The notes below the pieces were generated by a model. It was not told the DNA's origin, made no database searches, and worked only from the letters and a program-made list of their open reading frames with translations. DNA of 64,000 bases from an uncultured Thermoleophilia bacterium (GTDB taxonomy: Bacteria > Actinomycetota > Thermoleophilia > RBG-16-64-13): positions 12,239 to 76,238 of the forward strand of contig CAVYVU010000019.1 of the NCBI GenBank assembly GCA_963772095.1. The letters run 5' to 3'. This document shows, one piece after another, positions 52,240 to 63,300 of the stretch (position 1 is the first letter of the stretch; every line of letters starts with the position of its first letter). A program made the translations under genes and the position numbers.

Positions 52240-53085
52240 GTTCGGCCAGGCACTGACCTCCGGCCGGCTGGTTCTCACCGCCGAGTGCCTGCCGCCGCGC
52301 AGTGGCGGCGCGGAGGCCGTCAAGAGGCTCTCGACCGCGCTGCCGCCCGGCCTGGACGCGGTGGTGGTGGCGGACAACCCCGACGAGATCCACGGTTCGG
52401 CCCTGGCGTGTGCCGCCCTCCTGGCCCGCGAAGGCCGCGACGCGGTGCTGTCCATGTCGACCCGCGACCGCAACCGCATCGCCCTGGAGAGCGACGCCTT
52501 GGGAGCCGCGGCCCTGGGTATCGGCGCCATCCTCTGCCTGAGCGGCAACCACCAGTCTCTGGGGGTTTGTCCCGCAGGCGGCCGGTGCCAACGACATCGA
52601 CTCCATCCAGCTCACCCAGGCCCTGAAGGGTCTGGACCTTCCGGAGATGCTGGTCGGGGCGGTGGCCCATCCCTACCAGCAGCCTCTGGAGCTGAACCTG
52701 CTCCGGCTCAAGAAGAAGATCGCGGCCGGGGCGGACTTCCTGCTCACGCGAGCCGGTCTTCGACCTGGCCGGGTTCACTCTGTGGATGGACGCGGTTCGA
52801 GCAGCCGGGCTGGACAAGCGGACTGCGATCATCGCCAGCGTGCTGCCCTTGACCAGCGTGGAGCAGGCCGAGTCCCTGCGGCAGCGGCAGACCTACGGAC
52901 CGCTGGATGAAGCCGTGATCGCCCGGTTGGGCAAGGCCTCCGACCCGGCCAAGGAGGGCCTGGCCATGGCAGCCGAGATGGCCGCCCAGCTCAAGACGGT
53001 CCCCGGCGTCCGTGGCATCCACATCCTCAGCGGCGGGTGCGAAGCGCTGGCCGGCGAAGTGATCGAAGCAGCGGGATTGGCGTAA
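52229..53085 (+). CDS. metF: Methylenetetrahydrofolate reductase-like flavoprotein (frameshifts)
   Basis: TAECLPP, TRDRNRIALESD, KKIAAGADFLLT, GVRGIHI. Confidence 0.8.
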
Positions 53086-53098
53086 GGCGAGATCGGCT

Positions 53099-54527
53099 AT
53101 GCCCGACCGCTACCACATCCACACCGTTCCGACGGCCCCGCGGTTCCACCGCGTGGGCAAGTTCGGCAACGTCGACTGGCGCGAGGACTGCTCCCGCTGC
53201 ACCAACTGCGTCAAGCTGCGCTGCCTCTACGACGTGTACCGGCACGAGGCGGCCTACAACCGCGACCCGCTGGCCTCGGTCGAGACGCTCAACGAATGCA
53301 AGGCCTGCCTCTCCTGCGTGCAGGGCTGCACCAAGGGCCTGCTGAGCGTCTCGGTCAACCCGGAGTTCCTGGACATGGGCGACGAGTACTGGACGCCCGA
53401 CATCCTGCTCACCACCTGGAACCAGTCCGACGCCGGCAGGATCCCCGTCTCCGGCGCCGGCTATCGCGGGCGATTCCACGGCCCCGGCTTCGACTCCATC
53501 TGGACGGACATGTCGGAGATCGTCCGCCCCACCCGCGACGGCATCCACGGGCGCGAGTACATCTCCACCTCGGTGGACATCGGCCCCAAGCCCATGCGCC
53601 TGCGGTTCGCGCCCGACGGCAAGCTGCTCACTCCGCCCTCCCATCTGCTGGAGATCCAGCTCCCGGCGATCCTGGACATGCCGGGCTGGCCGGTGGAGAG
53701 CGAACACCTGGCCGCTGCCCGCGCCGCGGCGGCCGAGGAACTCAACTCCCTGGCCGTGATGCCGGCGGCCGAAGCCTCCGAGCTGCCGCCCGAGCAACTG
53801 CCGTTCGTCGTGCCCGTGCGTCGGCAAGGACGAGATCGAGCGGCGCCGGGACGTCCTCGGAGCCGTGCGCATGGCGCAAGTGATGGACGGTCCGGATGCG
53901 GCGGACCTGGCCGGCCAGGCTGCAAGCCGCTCAACCCGCAGTTGATCGTCTCTGTCCGCATGGCGCTGCGCCCCGCGACCGCCGACCGCGTCGTCGAGCT
54001 GGGGCGGGCGGGCGTCAAGGTCTTCCACCTCTGCGCCGACCAGCACGGGCGCGAGCGCCTGGAGGACGGGCGGCCCGGCCGGCACATCAAGGACGCCCTC
54101 CGCGAGGTCCACGGGCGACTGGTCAAGGAGGGGCTGCGCGACGAGGTCACGCTTGATCGTCTCCGGCGGCATCGCCCTGGCCGAGCACATGGCCAAGGCG
54201 ATCATCTGCGGGGCCGACCTGGTGGCCGTGGACACGCCGCTCCTGGTGGCTCTGGGCTGCCGCGTCTGCCGCGACGGCCGCCAGTGCGACGCCGGAAACG
54301 CCTGCCCGGCCGAGATCGGCTCCGTCGACTCCGCCTACGCCGCCCAGCGCATGGTCAATCTCATGGGCGCGTGGCACAGCCAGCTGATCGAGGTGCTGGG
54401 CGCCATGGGCATCCGCGAAGTCCGCCGCCTGCGCGGCGAAGTGGGACGAGCCATCTTCATGGAAGACATCGAGAAGGAGGCATTCGGCGATCTGGCTCGC
54501 GTGTCTCAGGCTGAGGTGCGCGCATGA
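53099..54527 (+). CDS. 4Fe-4S plus divergent glutamate synthase FMN-barrel-like protein (frameshifts)
   Basis: CSRCTNC and CKACLSCVQGC; GPGFDSIWTD; SGGIALAEHMAKAIICGAD; terminal Cys cluster. Confidence 0.8.
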
Positions 54528-56211
54528 CGACCGACGCTGCCACTATTCCGGTCGAAGTTCCGGTTGAGCGAGCTGCCGCCGTTCCGGTCGAGGTCCGGGT
54601 GGAGCCGGCGGAGGCATCGGCTGCCCGTTTGGGCAACAGCGACTGGCCGCACGAGCACGTCGCGCGGGAGATCCGCCCGGCGCCCGACCGCTACCGCAAC
54701 GTCTTGGGCAAGTACAAGATCGACCGCCTGGCCCGCTGCGTCTCCTGCGGCCGGTGCGTCGAGGTCTGCCAGTACGGCGTGCACGTCAAGCCCGAGGGCT
54801 ACGCGTTCACGCTGCGGCCGCAGGACCATCTGTGCATCGGCCCGGAGTGCGCCGAGACGGACCAGTCCTGCGTCGCCCAGTGCCCGCAGAAGGCGCTCAC
54901 GATGCGGCGCAACCCCAGCGCCGACTGCATGGGCGATCCGCGCTGGTCGAGCGACCTGATCCTCTCCACCTGGCATCAGGCCGCCACCGGGCACGCCGCG
55001 CCGCCGCATCTCGAAGCACCGGCACGGCGCCTCGGGCGGCGGGTTCGACCGGCTCCGCTTCAAGTTCGAAGCCGCGAAGTCCCGAGCGGCGGCGGCCAAG
55101 GCGGCTCAGTTCGGGGAACCGGCTCCGGTTGCCGCGGCCCAGTCGCCGCCGCCGACATCGACACGAGCCTGGACCTGAACCAGCGCGGCGACGGCCGGCC
55201 GCAGGTGCACATCGACATTCCCGTGTACGGCGGCGGGATGAGCTTCGGCTCGGTGAGCATCCACACCATCCTGGCCAAGGCCCGCGCGGCCGCGGCCTGG
55301 AACAGCTTCACCTGCACCGGCGAGGGCGGCTATCACGACCGCCTGCAGGCCCTACGACGACCACGTGATCACGCAGGTGGCCACGGGCCTCTTCGGCGTG
55401 CGCGAGGAGACCATCCAGCGCGTGCGGATCGTGGAGTTCAAGTACGCGCAGGGCGCCAAGCCGGGCCTGGGCGGGCACCTGCTGGGCGACAAGAACACTC
55501 CGCCGGTGGCCCGCATGCGCGAGGCCGTGGCCGGCAACGCTCTGTTCAGCCCGTTCCCCTTCCACAGCGTCTACAGCGTCGAGGACCACAAGAAGCACCT
55601 CGACTGGATCAAGGAAGTGAACCCCGACTGCCTGGTGAGCGTGAAGGTCTCGACGCCCACCGACGTGGACATGGTGGCGGTCGGCAGCTACTACGCCGGG
55701 GCGCACATCATCCACCTGGACGGCAGCTACGGCGGCACCGGCGCGGCGCCCGACATCGCCAAGAAGAACATCGCCATGCCCATCGAGTACGCCATCCCCA
55801 AGGTGCACAAGTTCCTGGTGGCCGAGGGCATCCGCGACAAGATCACGCTGATCGCCTCCGGCGGCATCCGCACGGCCTACGACGCCTTGAAGGCCATCGC
55901 CCTGGGCGCCGACGGCGTGGTGATCGGCACGGCCGAGATGGTGGCCCTGGGCTGCGTGCGCTGCGCCTGCTGCGAGAGCGGCCGCGGCTGCCCGCGCGGC
56001 ATCGCCACCACCGACCCCGAACTGATGATGCAGATGAGCCTGGAGTGGGCCACACAGCGGCTGATCAACCTGCACAACGCCTGGCGCGAGCAGATGCTGG
56101 CCGTGCTCGCGCGCCTGGGGATGACGTCGATCCGCGAGCTGCGCGGCCGCAGCGACGTGCTGTGCTACCTCAGCGACGAGCCGGCCATGGCCGGAGGAGG
56201 TGTCCCCGTGA
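54524..56211 (+). CDS. 4Fe-4S plus FMN-binding glutamate synthase subunit (GltB2-type; frameshifts)
   Basis: CVSCGRCVEVC; MSFGS, TGEGG, QVATGLFG, EFKYAQGAKPGLGGHL, DGSYGGTGAAP, SGGIRT, CVRCACCESGRGCP. Confidence 0.9.
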
Positions 56212-58857
56212 GCGACTTCGCCGAACGCCTGCTGGCCAGCCGGTCGCAGGTCTACTCGGGTCCGGACCAGCCGGTCGGATCCGAAGCCGGCGGAGGAAGG
56301 CGGCTGCGGCGTCACCGGCTTTGCCTGCACCGTGCCGGTGAAAGGGCGAGTTCATCTACGAGCCCTCCATCCAGATGCAGAACCGCGGCAACGGCAAGGG
56401 CGGCGGCATCGCGGCGGCGGGCCTCGTCCCCGAGCAACTGGGCATCTCCGACGAGGTGCTCGAGAGCCACTACCTGCTCCAGATCGCCCTGCTCGATCCC
56501 GACTGTCACGCCGAGCTGGAGCGGCAGTTCATCCTGCCCAACTTCGACATCGCGCTGTCCACCCGGCAGCCGCACATCGACGACTACCGCGACATCCCCG
56601 GCCTGGAGGTCCGCCCGCCGGACGTGCACCGCTACGTGGTGCGCGCGAAGCCGGGCGTCCTGAAGGCCTTCGCCGAGACGGCGGGGCTGCAAGATCTCGC
56701 GCCGCGCGCGCTCGAGGACGAGTTCGTCTGGCGCAACTCCTACCAGCTCAACGACGCCTTCTACGCCTCGCTGGGCGAGAAGCGGGCCTTCGTGCTCTCG
56801 CATTCGCGGAACCTGCTGGTCTTCAAGATGGTGGGCTACGCCGAGCAGAACGTGGAGTACTACCAGCTCCAGGACTTCAAGGCCCACGTCTGGATCGCCC
56901 ACCAGCGCTATCCCACCAAGGGCCGCGTGTGGCACCCCGGCGGCGCGCACCCGTTCGTCGGCGTGAACGAGGCGCTGGTCCACAACGGCGACTTCGCCAA
57001 CTACCACTCGGTCTGCGAGTACCTGCGCCAGCGCAACATCCGGCAGCAGTTCCTCACCGACACCGAGGTGTCGGTGCAGCTCTTCGACCTGTGGGACCGC
57101 GTCTACCACTATCCGCTGGAGTACATCATCGAGGCGCTGGCCCCCACCACCGAGCTGGACTTCGACCAGTTGCCGCCCGAGAAGCAGGCTCATCTACCGG
57201 CAGATCCAGGCGACCCACATCCACGCGTCGCCGGACGGTCCGTGGTTCTTCATCATCGCCCGCAGCCAGGGCGACCGGTTCCAGCTGCTGGGCATCACCG
57301 ACACGGCCATGCTGCGGCCGCAGGTCTTCGCGCTCTCCGACAGCGGCGAGGTGCAGATCGGCCTGATCTGCTCGGAGAAGCAGGCCATCGACGCCACGCT
57401 GCGCAGCCTGGCCGAGGAGGATCCGCGCTTCTGCCCGGTGGCCGACAAGTACTGGAACGCCCGCGGCGGCTCCTCCACCGACGGCGGCGCCTTCATCTTC
57501 ACCGTGGCGCCGGGCAACAACGGCGACAGCGGACAGATGCGACTCTCCTGCACCGACAAGTTCGGCCGCGAGGTCAAGGTCGAGACGGGCACGGTCCGCT
57601 GCGACCTGCCGCGACGGCCGTGCGACGCGACGGTCCAGGACGCGTCGAACGACATCTGCCCCGCCGAGGCGGTGAGCTCGGACGACATCCAGGACAAGCT
57701 GCGCCGAGGCGAGGTCGACGCCCTCTTCGCGGAGGTGCAGGACATCGCCGTCCTGGCCGGCCGGCCAGCTGCGGCGGTTCTGCCAGACGCGTGCTCGCGG
57801 GCGCGGACAACGCCAAGTCGCGCGCCACGGCCATCGAGCTGCTCACGAAGCTTCACGACCGGCGCTTCCCGACCGGCGACAAGCGCCGCGCAACCGTCGT
57901 CCAGGTGCTCGAGGAGACGCTCGACCAGCTCTTCGACACCGCTCCGCTCTTCGGCGAGCCGCCACGCGGTTTCTGGCGGCGGATCACCTGGGACACGCGC
58001 GATCAGCCTGGCGGCCCCGCAGCCCGGCGAGGAGCTGCTTGTGCATCGACCGCCAGGGCTTCCCGCCCGAGGGCGACGACTGCGACGCGGTCCTGCTGCG
58101 CAAGGCCTACCAGGCGGGTTGGAAGCGGTTCATCGTCTATCGCCTGCGCGGGCAGCGCTTCCACGGAGCGGGCCTGGGCGCGGCCACCGACGGCGTGCGC
58201 ATCGACCTCTACGGCTCCAACGGCGACTACACCGCCAGCGGCATGGACGGCCTGGAGATGCACATCCACGGCAACGCCCAGGACCAGGTGGCCCAGATCG
58301 CCAAGCGCGGCAAGCTGGTGATCTACGGCGACGTGGGACAGACCTTCATGTACGGCGCCAAGGGCGGCGAGGTGTTCGTCCTGGGCAACGGCGCCGGCCG
58401 GCCGCTGATCAACGCCGTGGGACGGCCGCGCGTGGTCATCAACGGCACCTGCCTGGACTTCCTGGCGGAGTCGTTCATGGCCGGGGATCCGCTGACCGGC
58501 GGCGGCTTCGTCATCCTGAACGGCATCGAGTTCGACGGAAGCGGCCGCATCGTTCCCCAGGCGACGCCGTACCCGGGCAGCAACCTGTTCTCGCTGGCCA
58601 GCGGCGGCGCCATCTACATCCGCGACCCGCACCACAAGGTGGTCGAGCGCCAGCTCAACGGCGGGGTGTTCTCCCCCTTGGACGACAAGGACTGGCGGTT
58701 GATCCGCGGCTATCTGGAGGAGAACGAGCGGCTCTTCGGCATCCGGGTGGAGGACCTGCTGACGGTGGACGGCGAGCTCCGGGCCCCGCAGGACGTCTAC
58801 CGCAAGGTCAGCGCGGTCAAGCTGTCGGTGCTGGCCGGCTCGGAGGAGAAGAAATGA
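56208..58857 (+). CDS. Class II glutamine amidotransferase fused to a GXGXG domain (GltB1+GltB3; frameshifts)
   Basis: GGAGGAGG RBS; EEGGCGV (Ntn Cys), HQRYPT, GAHPF, HNGD, TDTEV, DGPW; C-terminal GQRFHG, GDVGQTFMYGAKGG, ASGGAIY. Confidence 0.88.
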
Positions 58858-59423
58858 CCCCGGTGACCGTAGAGATCGAAGAGATCGGCGGCAGCCTGGC
58901 CGGCGAGGTGAAGGCCTCGAGCGGCGCCTCGCCCATGAGCTGCTACCAGTGCACGAAGTGCTCCAGCGGCTGCCCCGTCGCCGGCCGCGGCGATCTCAAG
59001 CCGCACGAACTCGTCCGGCTGGTGCAGATGGACCAGCGCGAGGCGGTGCTCGGCAGCCGCTTCATCTGGGAGTGCACGTCGTGCCAGACCTGCGTCACCC
59101 GCTGTCCCGCAGAAGGTGGACATCGCCGCCATGAACGACGCGCTGCGGGCGCTCAGCCTGCGCGAGAGGAATGGCGGCCGCGGGCACGGCCGTTCCCGGT
59201 CTTCAACGAGACCTTCCTGAACAGCGTCCGCAAGCGCGGCCGCGTGCACGAGCTGGGCCTGATGGCGGCTTTCAAGCTGCGCACCAGGCGGCTCTTCGAG
59301 GACTTCGACAAGGCCCCCATGATGCTGAAGAAAGGCAAGCTGCCCCTGCTGGGGGCGCGGGTCGGCGGGCGGCGCGAGCGCGAGAAGCTGTTCCGCCGGG
59401 CAGCCCAGGGAGGCAAGCCGTGA
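58854..59423 (+). CDS. hdrC: Heterodisulfide reductase subunit C-like (frameshifts)
   Basis: CYQCTKCSSGCP, WECTSCQTCVTRCP, GRVHE. Confidence 0.9.
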   Translation: MTPVTVEIEEIGGSLAGEVKASSGASPMSCYQCTKCSSGCPVAGRGDLKPHELVRLVQMDQREAVLGSRFIWECTSCQTCVTRCPAEGGHRRHERRAAGAQPAREEWRPRARPFPVFNETFLNSVRKRGRVHELGLMAAFKLRTRRLFEDFDKAPMMLKKGKLPLLGARVGGRREREKLFRRAAQGGKP

Positions 59424-60303
59424 GGTACGCGTTCTTCCCCGGCTGCTCGCTGGACGGCACGGCCAAGGACTTCCATCGCTCGACGCTGGCGGTGGCGGCC
59501 AAGCTGGGGCTGGAGCTGCCCGAGCTGGAGGACTGGATCTGCTGCGGTTCCACCGCCGCCCACAGCAGCGACCCGCTGCTGGCCGACGCGCTGCCGGCGC
59601 AGAACCTGCGCGCCGCCCGCGGCCAGACGGTCGCGGTGGCCTGCGCCGCCTGCTACAGCCGTTTGAAGATGGCCAACCACCACATCGCCGGCGACGCCGC
59701 CGTGCGGGCCAAGGTCGCCCAGGTGGTCGGCGGCGACTACGACGGCCTGACGCCGGTCCGGCACCTGCTGGAGATCCTGGGCCGGGACATCGGCGCGCGG
59801 AGATCGCCGCGGCCATCCGCCGCCCGCTGACCGGGCTGAAGGTGGCCTGCTACTACGGCTGCCTGCTGTCGCGTCCGCCGGAGGTCACGCAGTTCGACGA
59901 CGCCGAGAACCCCACGCTGATGGACCAGCTCCTCGAGACCGCCGGGGCCACGCCCGTGGACTGGCCGCACAAGACCGAGTGCTGCGGGGCGAGCTTCTCC
60001 ATCACCGACTCGAGCATCGTCCTCGAGCTGACCGACCAGATCCTGTCGATGGCCCAGGCCGCCGGGGTGGACTGCATCGTCACCGCCTGCCCGCTCTGCC
60101 AGCTCAACCTGGACATGCGGCAGAAGGACATCGAGGCCAAGTACGGGCGCCGGTACAACCTGCCGGTCTTCTACTTCACGCAACTGCTGGGTCTGGCCAT
60201 GGGCTGCTCGGCGAGCGAGTTGTCGCTCGACAGCCTGGTCGTGGACCCGCAGGCGCTGCTGGAATCCAAAGGGCTTCGGCGGAACGCCGGCTCAGCCGGT
60301 TGA
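59420..60303 (+). CDS. hdrB: Heterodisulfide reductase subunit B-like (frameshift at ~59800)
   Basis: FPGC, DWICCG, CAACY, YYGCLL, TECCG, CPLCQLNLD. Confidence 0.92.
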
Positions 60304-60329
60304 GGCGCGAACAACGGCGAGGCACGACG

Positions 60330-63300
60330 ATGAGCGGAAACAACGGAGGCAACGGGAACGGACAACGACGGCAACGGCGCGGCAGCGCCGGCATGGCGAC
60401 CGAGCCGGTCGGCGCCGTGATGGTCTGCGGCGCCGGCATCACCGGCATCCAGGCCTCGCTGGACCTGGCCGAGAGCGGCTTCAAGGTCTACCTGGTGGAC
60501 TCCTCGCCGGCCATCGGCGGGCGGATGGCCCAGCTGGACAAGACCTTCCCCACCGGCGACTGCGCCATGTGCATCCTCTCGCCCAAGCTGGTGGAGTGCG
60601 CCCGCAACAAGAACATCGAGATCATCACGCTGGCCGACGTCCAGGGCATCTCCGGCGAGCCGGGCAACTTCAAGGTGAAGCTCCGCCAGAACCCGCGCTA
60701 CGTCGATCTGGAGAAGTGCAACGCCTGCGGCGACTGCATCGAGGCCTGCCCGGTCGACCTGCCCAACGAGTTCGACCGCCGGCTGGGCACCCGCAAGGCG
60801 ATCTTCCGCCCCTACCCGCAGGCCATCCCCAACGTCTTCGGCATCTCCAAGGCCGCCGGGCGCGCGCCCTGCAAGGCCTCCTGCCCCGCCGGCGTCAACG
60901 CCCAGGGCTACGTGGCTCTGATCGCCGCGGGCAAGTTCAAGGAGGCCTACGAGCTGGTCCGCGAGCGCTGCCCGCTCCCGGCCGCCTGCGGCCGCGTCTG
61001 CCAGCATCCCTGCGAGGACCACTGCAACCGCGGCGAGATCGACGAGGCCGTCTCGGTGCGCGATCTCAAGCGGTTCGTCGCCGACTACATCGAGTCGAAC
61101 CCCGACGAGTATCCGCCGGCCAAGCCCGCGGCCGCCAAGCTGGACGCCAAGGTGGCCGTCATCGGCGGCGGCCCGGCCGGCCTGACCGCGGCCTCCGACC
61201 TGGCCCTGCTGGGCTACGGCGTGACCCTGTTCGAGGCCCAGCCGCACCTGGGCGGCATGCTGCGCTACGGCATCCCGAGCTACCGCCTGCCCAAGGACGT
61301 CCTGGACAAGGAGATCCAGTACATCCTCGACCTGGGCGTCGAGGCCAAGACGAGCACGCCGCGTCGCCGACCCGAGGAGCCTGCTGGAGTCCGGCTTCAA
61401 AGCCGTGTTCGCGGCCCCGGGCGCCTGGATCAGCCGCAAGCTGGGCATCGCCGGCGAGGACGCCCCGGGCGTCTGGGCGGGTCTCGAGTTCCTGCGCCGG
61501 GTCAACAGCGGCGAGACGCCCGCGCTCGGCTCGAACGTGCTGGTCATCGGCGGCGGCGACGTGGCCATGGACGCCGCGCGCTGCGCCCGCCGGCTGCCCG
61601 GCGTGTCACTCGGTGCACCTGGCCTGTCTCGAGAGCCGCGCGGAGATGCCGGCCCACTCCTGGGAGGCCGCCGAGGCGCTCGAGGAAGGCGTCGTCTTCC
61701 ACAACAGCCTGGGGCCGACCCGGATCGAGACGAGCGGCGGCAAGGTGACCGGGCGTCTCCTTCCGCGCCTGCACCAGCGTGTTCGACGAGGAGGGGCGGT
61801 TCGATCCCGCAGTTCGACGACCCGAAGACCGACGATCCTCGCGGCCGACACGGTGATCGTGACCATCGGCCAGGGGATCGACGCGGCCGGACTGGGCGTG
61901 GCCACCGGCCCGGGCGGGCGGATCGTGGCCGACAAGGACACGCTCGCCACCAGCGTCCCGGGCCTGTTCGCCGGCGGCGACGCGGTGCTCGGGCCGGCCT
62001 CCATGGTCGACGCCATGGCCCAGGGCCACAAGGCCGCCGAGGCCATCGACGCCTACCTCCGCGGCGCCAAGCTGGCCCAGGCCCCGGCTTCCGCTCCGGC
62101 GGAGACGGCCAAGAACCCCAGGCCCGACGCCCCTCGGCAGGAGCGGGTGAAGATGCCGCAGGCCGACCCGGCCGGGCGCGTGGGCGGCTTCACCGAGATC
62201 GACCAGGGCTACAGCGCGGAGCAGGCCGTCGCCGAGGCCAAGCGTTGCCTGGCCTGCGGTCTGTGCAGCGAGTGCATGCAGTGCGTCAAGGCCTGCTCGG
62301 CCGGCGCGGTCTGCCACGACCAGCAGCCGACCGAGATCGAGATCGACGCCGGCAGCGTGATCCTCACCCCCGGCTTCGAGGAGTTCCAGGCGTCGCTGCG
62401 CGGCGAGTTCGGCCACGGGCGCTACGCCAACGTGCTCTCCAGCGTGCAGTTCGAGCGCATGCTCTCGGCCGCGGGCCCCACCGGCGGACACGTCCAGCGG
62501 CCCTCGGACGGCGGCGAGGTGAAGACGCATCGCCTTCATCCAGTGCGTGGGCAGCCGCGACGCCGCCCGCGGCAACGGCTACTGCTCGTCCATCTGCTGC
62601 ATGAGCGCCACCAAGGAGGCCATGGTCGCCCTGGAGCACGCCCACGGCCAGAGACCTGGACGTCTCCATCTTCTGCATGGACGTGCGCGCCTTCGGCAAG
62701 GAGTTCGACAGCTACGTCAACCGCGCCCGCGACGAGCACGGCGTGAAGTACATCCGGGCCATCCCCTCGCGCGTGGTCGAGATGCCCGGCACGAAGAACC
62801 CGCGCGTCCGCTACTTCGACGAGGACGGGCGTCGAGCAGCAGCAGGAATTCGACCTGGTGGTGCTCAGCGTGGGGATGCAGGTTCCCGCCAGCGTCCGGG
62901 AGACGGCCGGACGGCTGGGGCTGGATCTCAACGAGTTCGGCTTCGCCCAGACCGAGCGGCTGGCGCCGCTGGCGACCTCCAAGCCCGGCCTCTACGTGGC
63001 CGGAGCGTTCCAGGAGCCCAAGGACATCCCCGAGTCGGTGGCCCAGGCCTCGGCGGCGGCGGCCTGCGCCATGGACCAGCTGGCCCCGGCGCGCGGCACG
63101 CTGATCCAGCGCCACGAGTACCCCTGGGAGCGCGACATCACCGACGAGGCGCCGCGGGTGGGCGTGTTCATCTGCCACTGCGGCCAGAACATCGCCTCGG
63201 TCATCGACGTGGAGCAGGTGGCCGAGAAGGCGGCCACGCATGCCCAACGTCTGCCACGCCGAAGCCAGCCTCTACACCTGCTCCGACACCAACCAGCAGC

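Noticed and set aside
51629-52852. MvhD-MetF fusion suggested by the ORF track
   Set aside because: An alternative frame gives a natural acidic MvhD tail stopping at 52239 over the metF ATG; the fusion is likely an indel artefact.
55365-56663. GltB2 reading through into the GATase gene
   Set aside because: A strong RBS and GTGA at 56208 indicate separate coupled genes; one extra C in the CCCC run explains the read-through.
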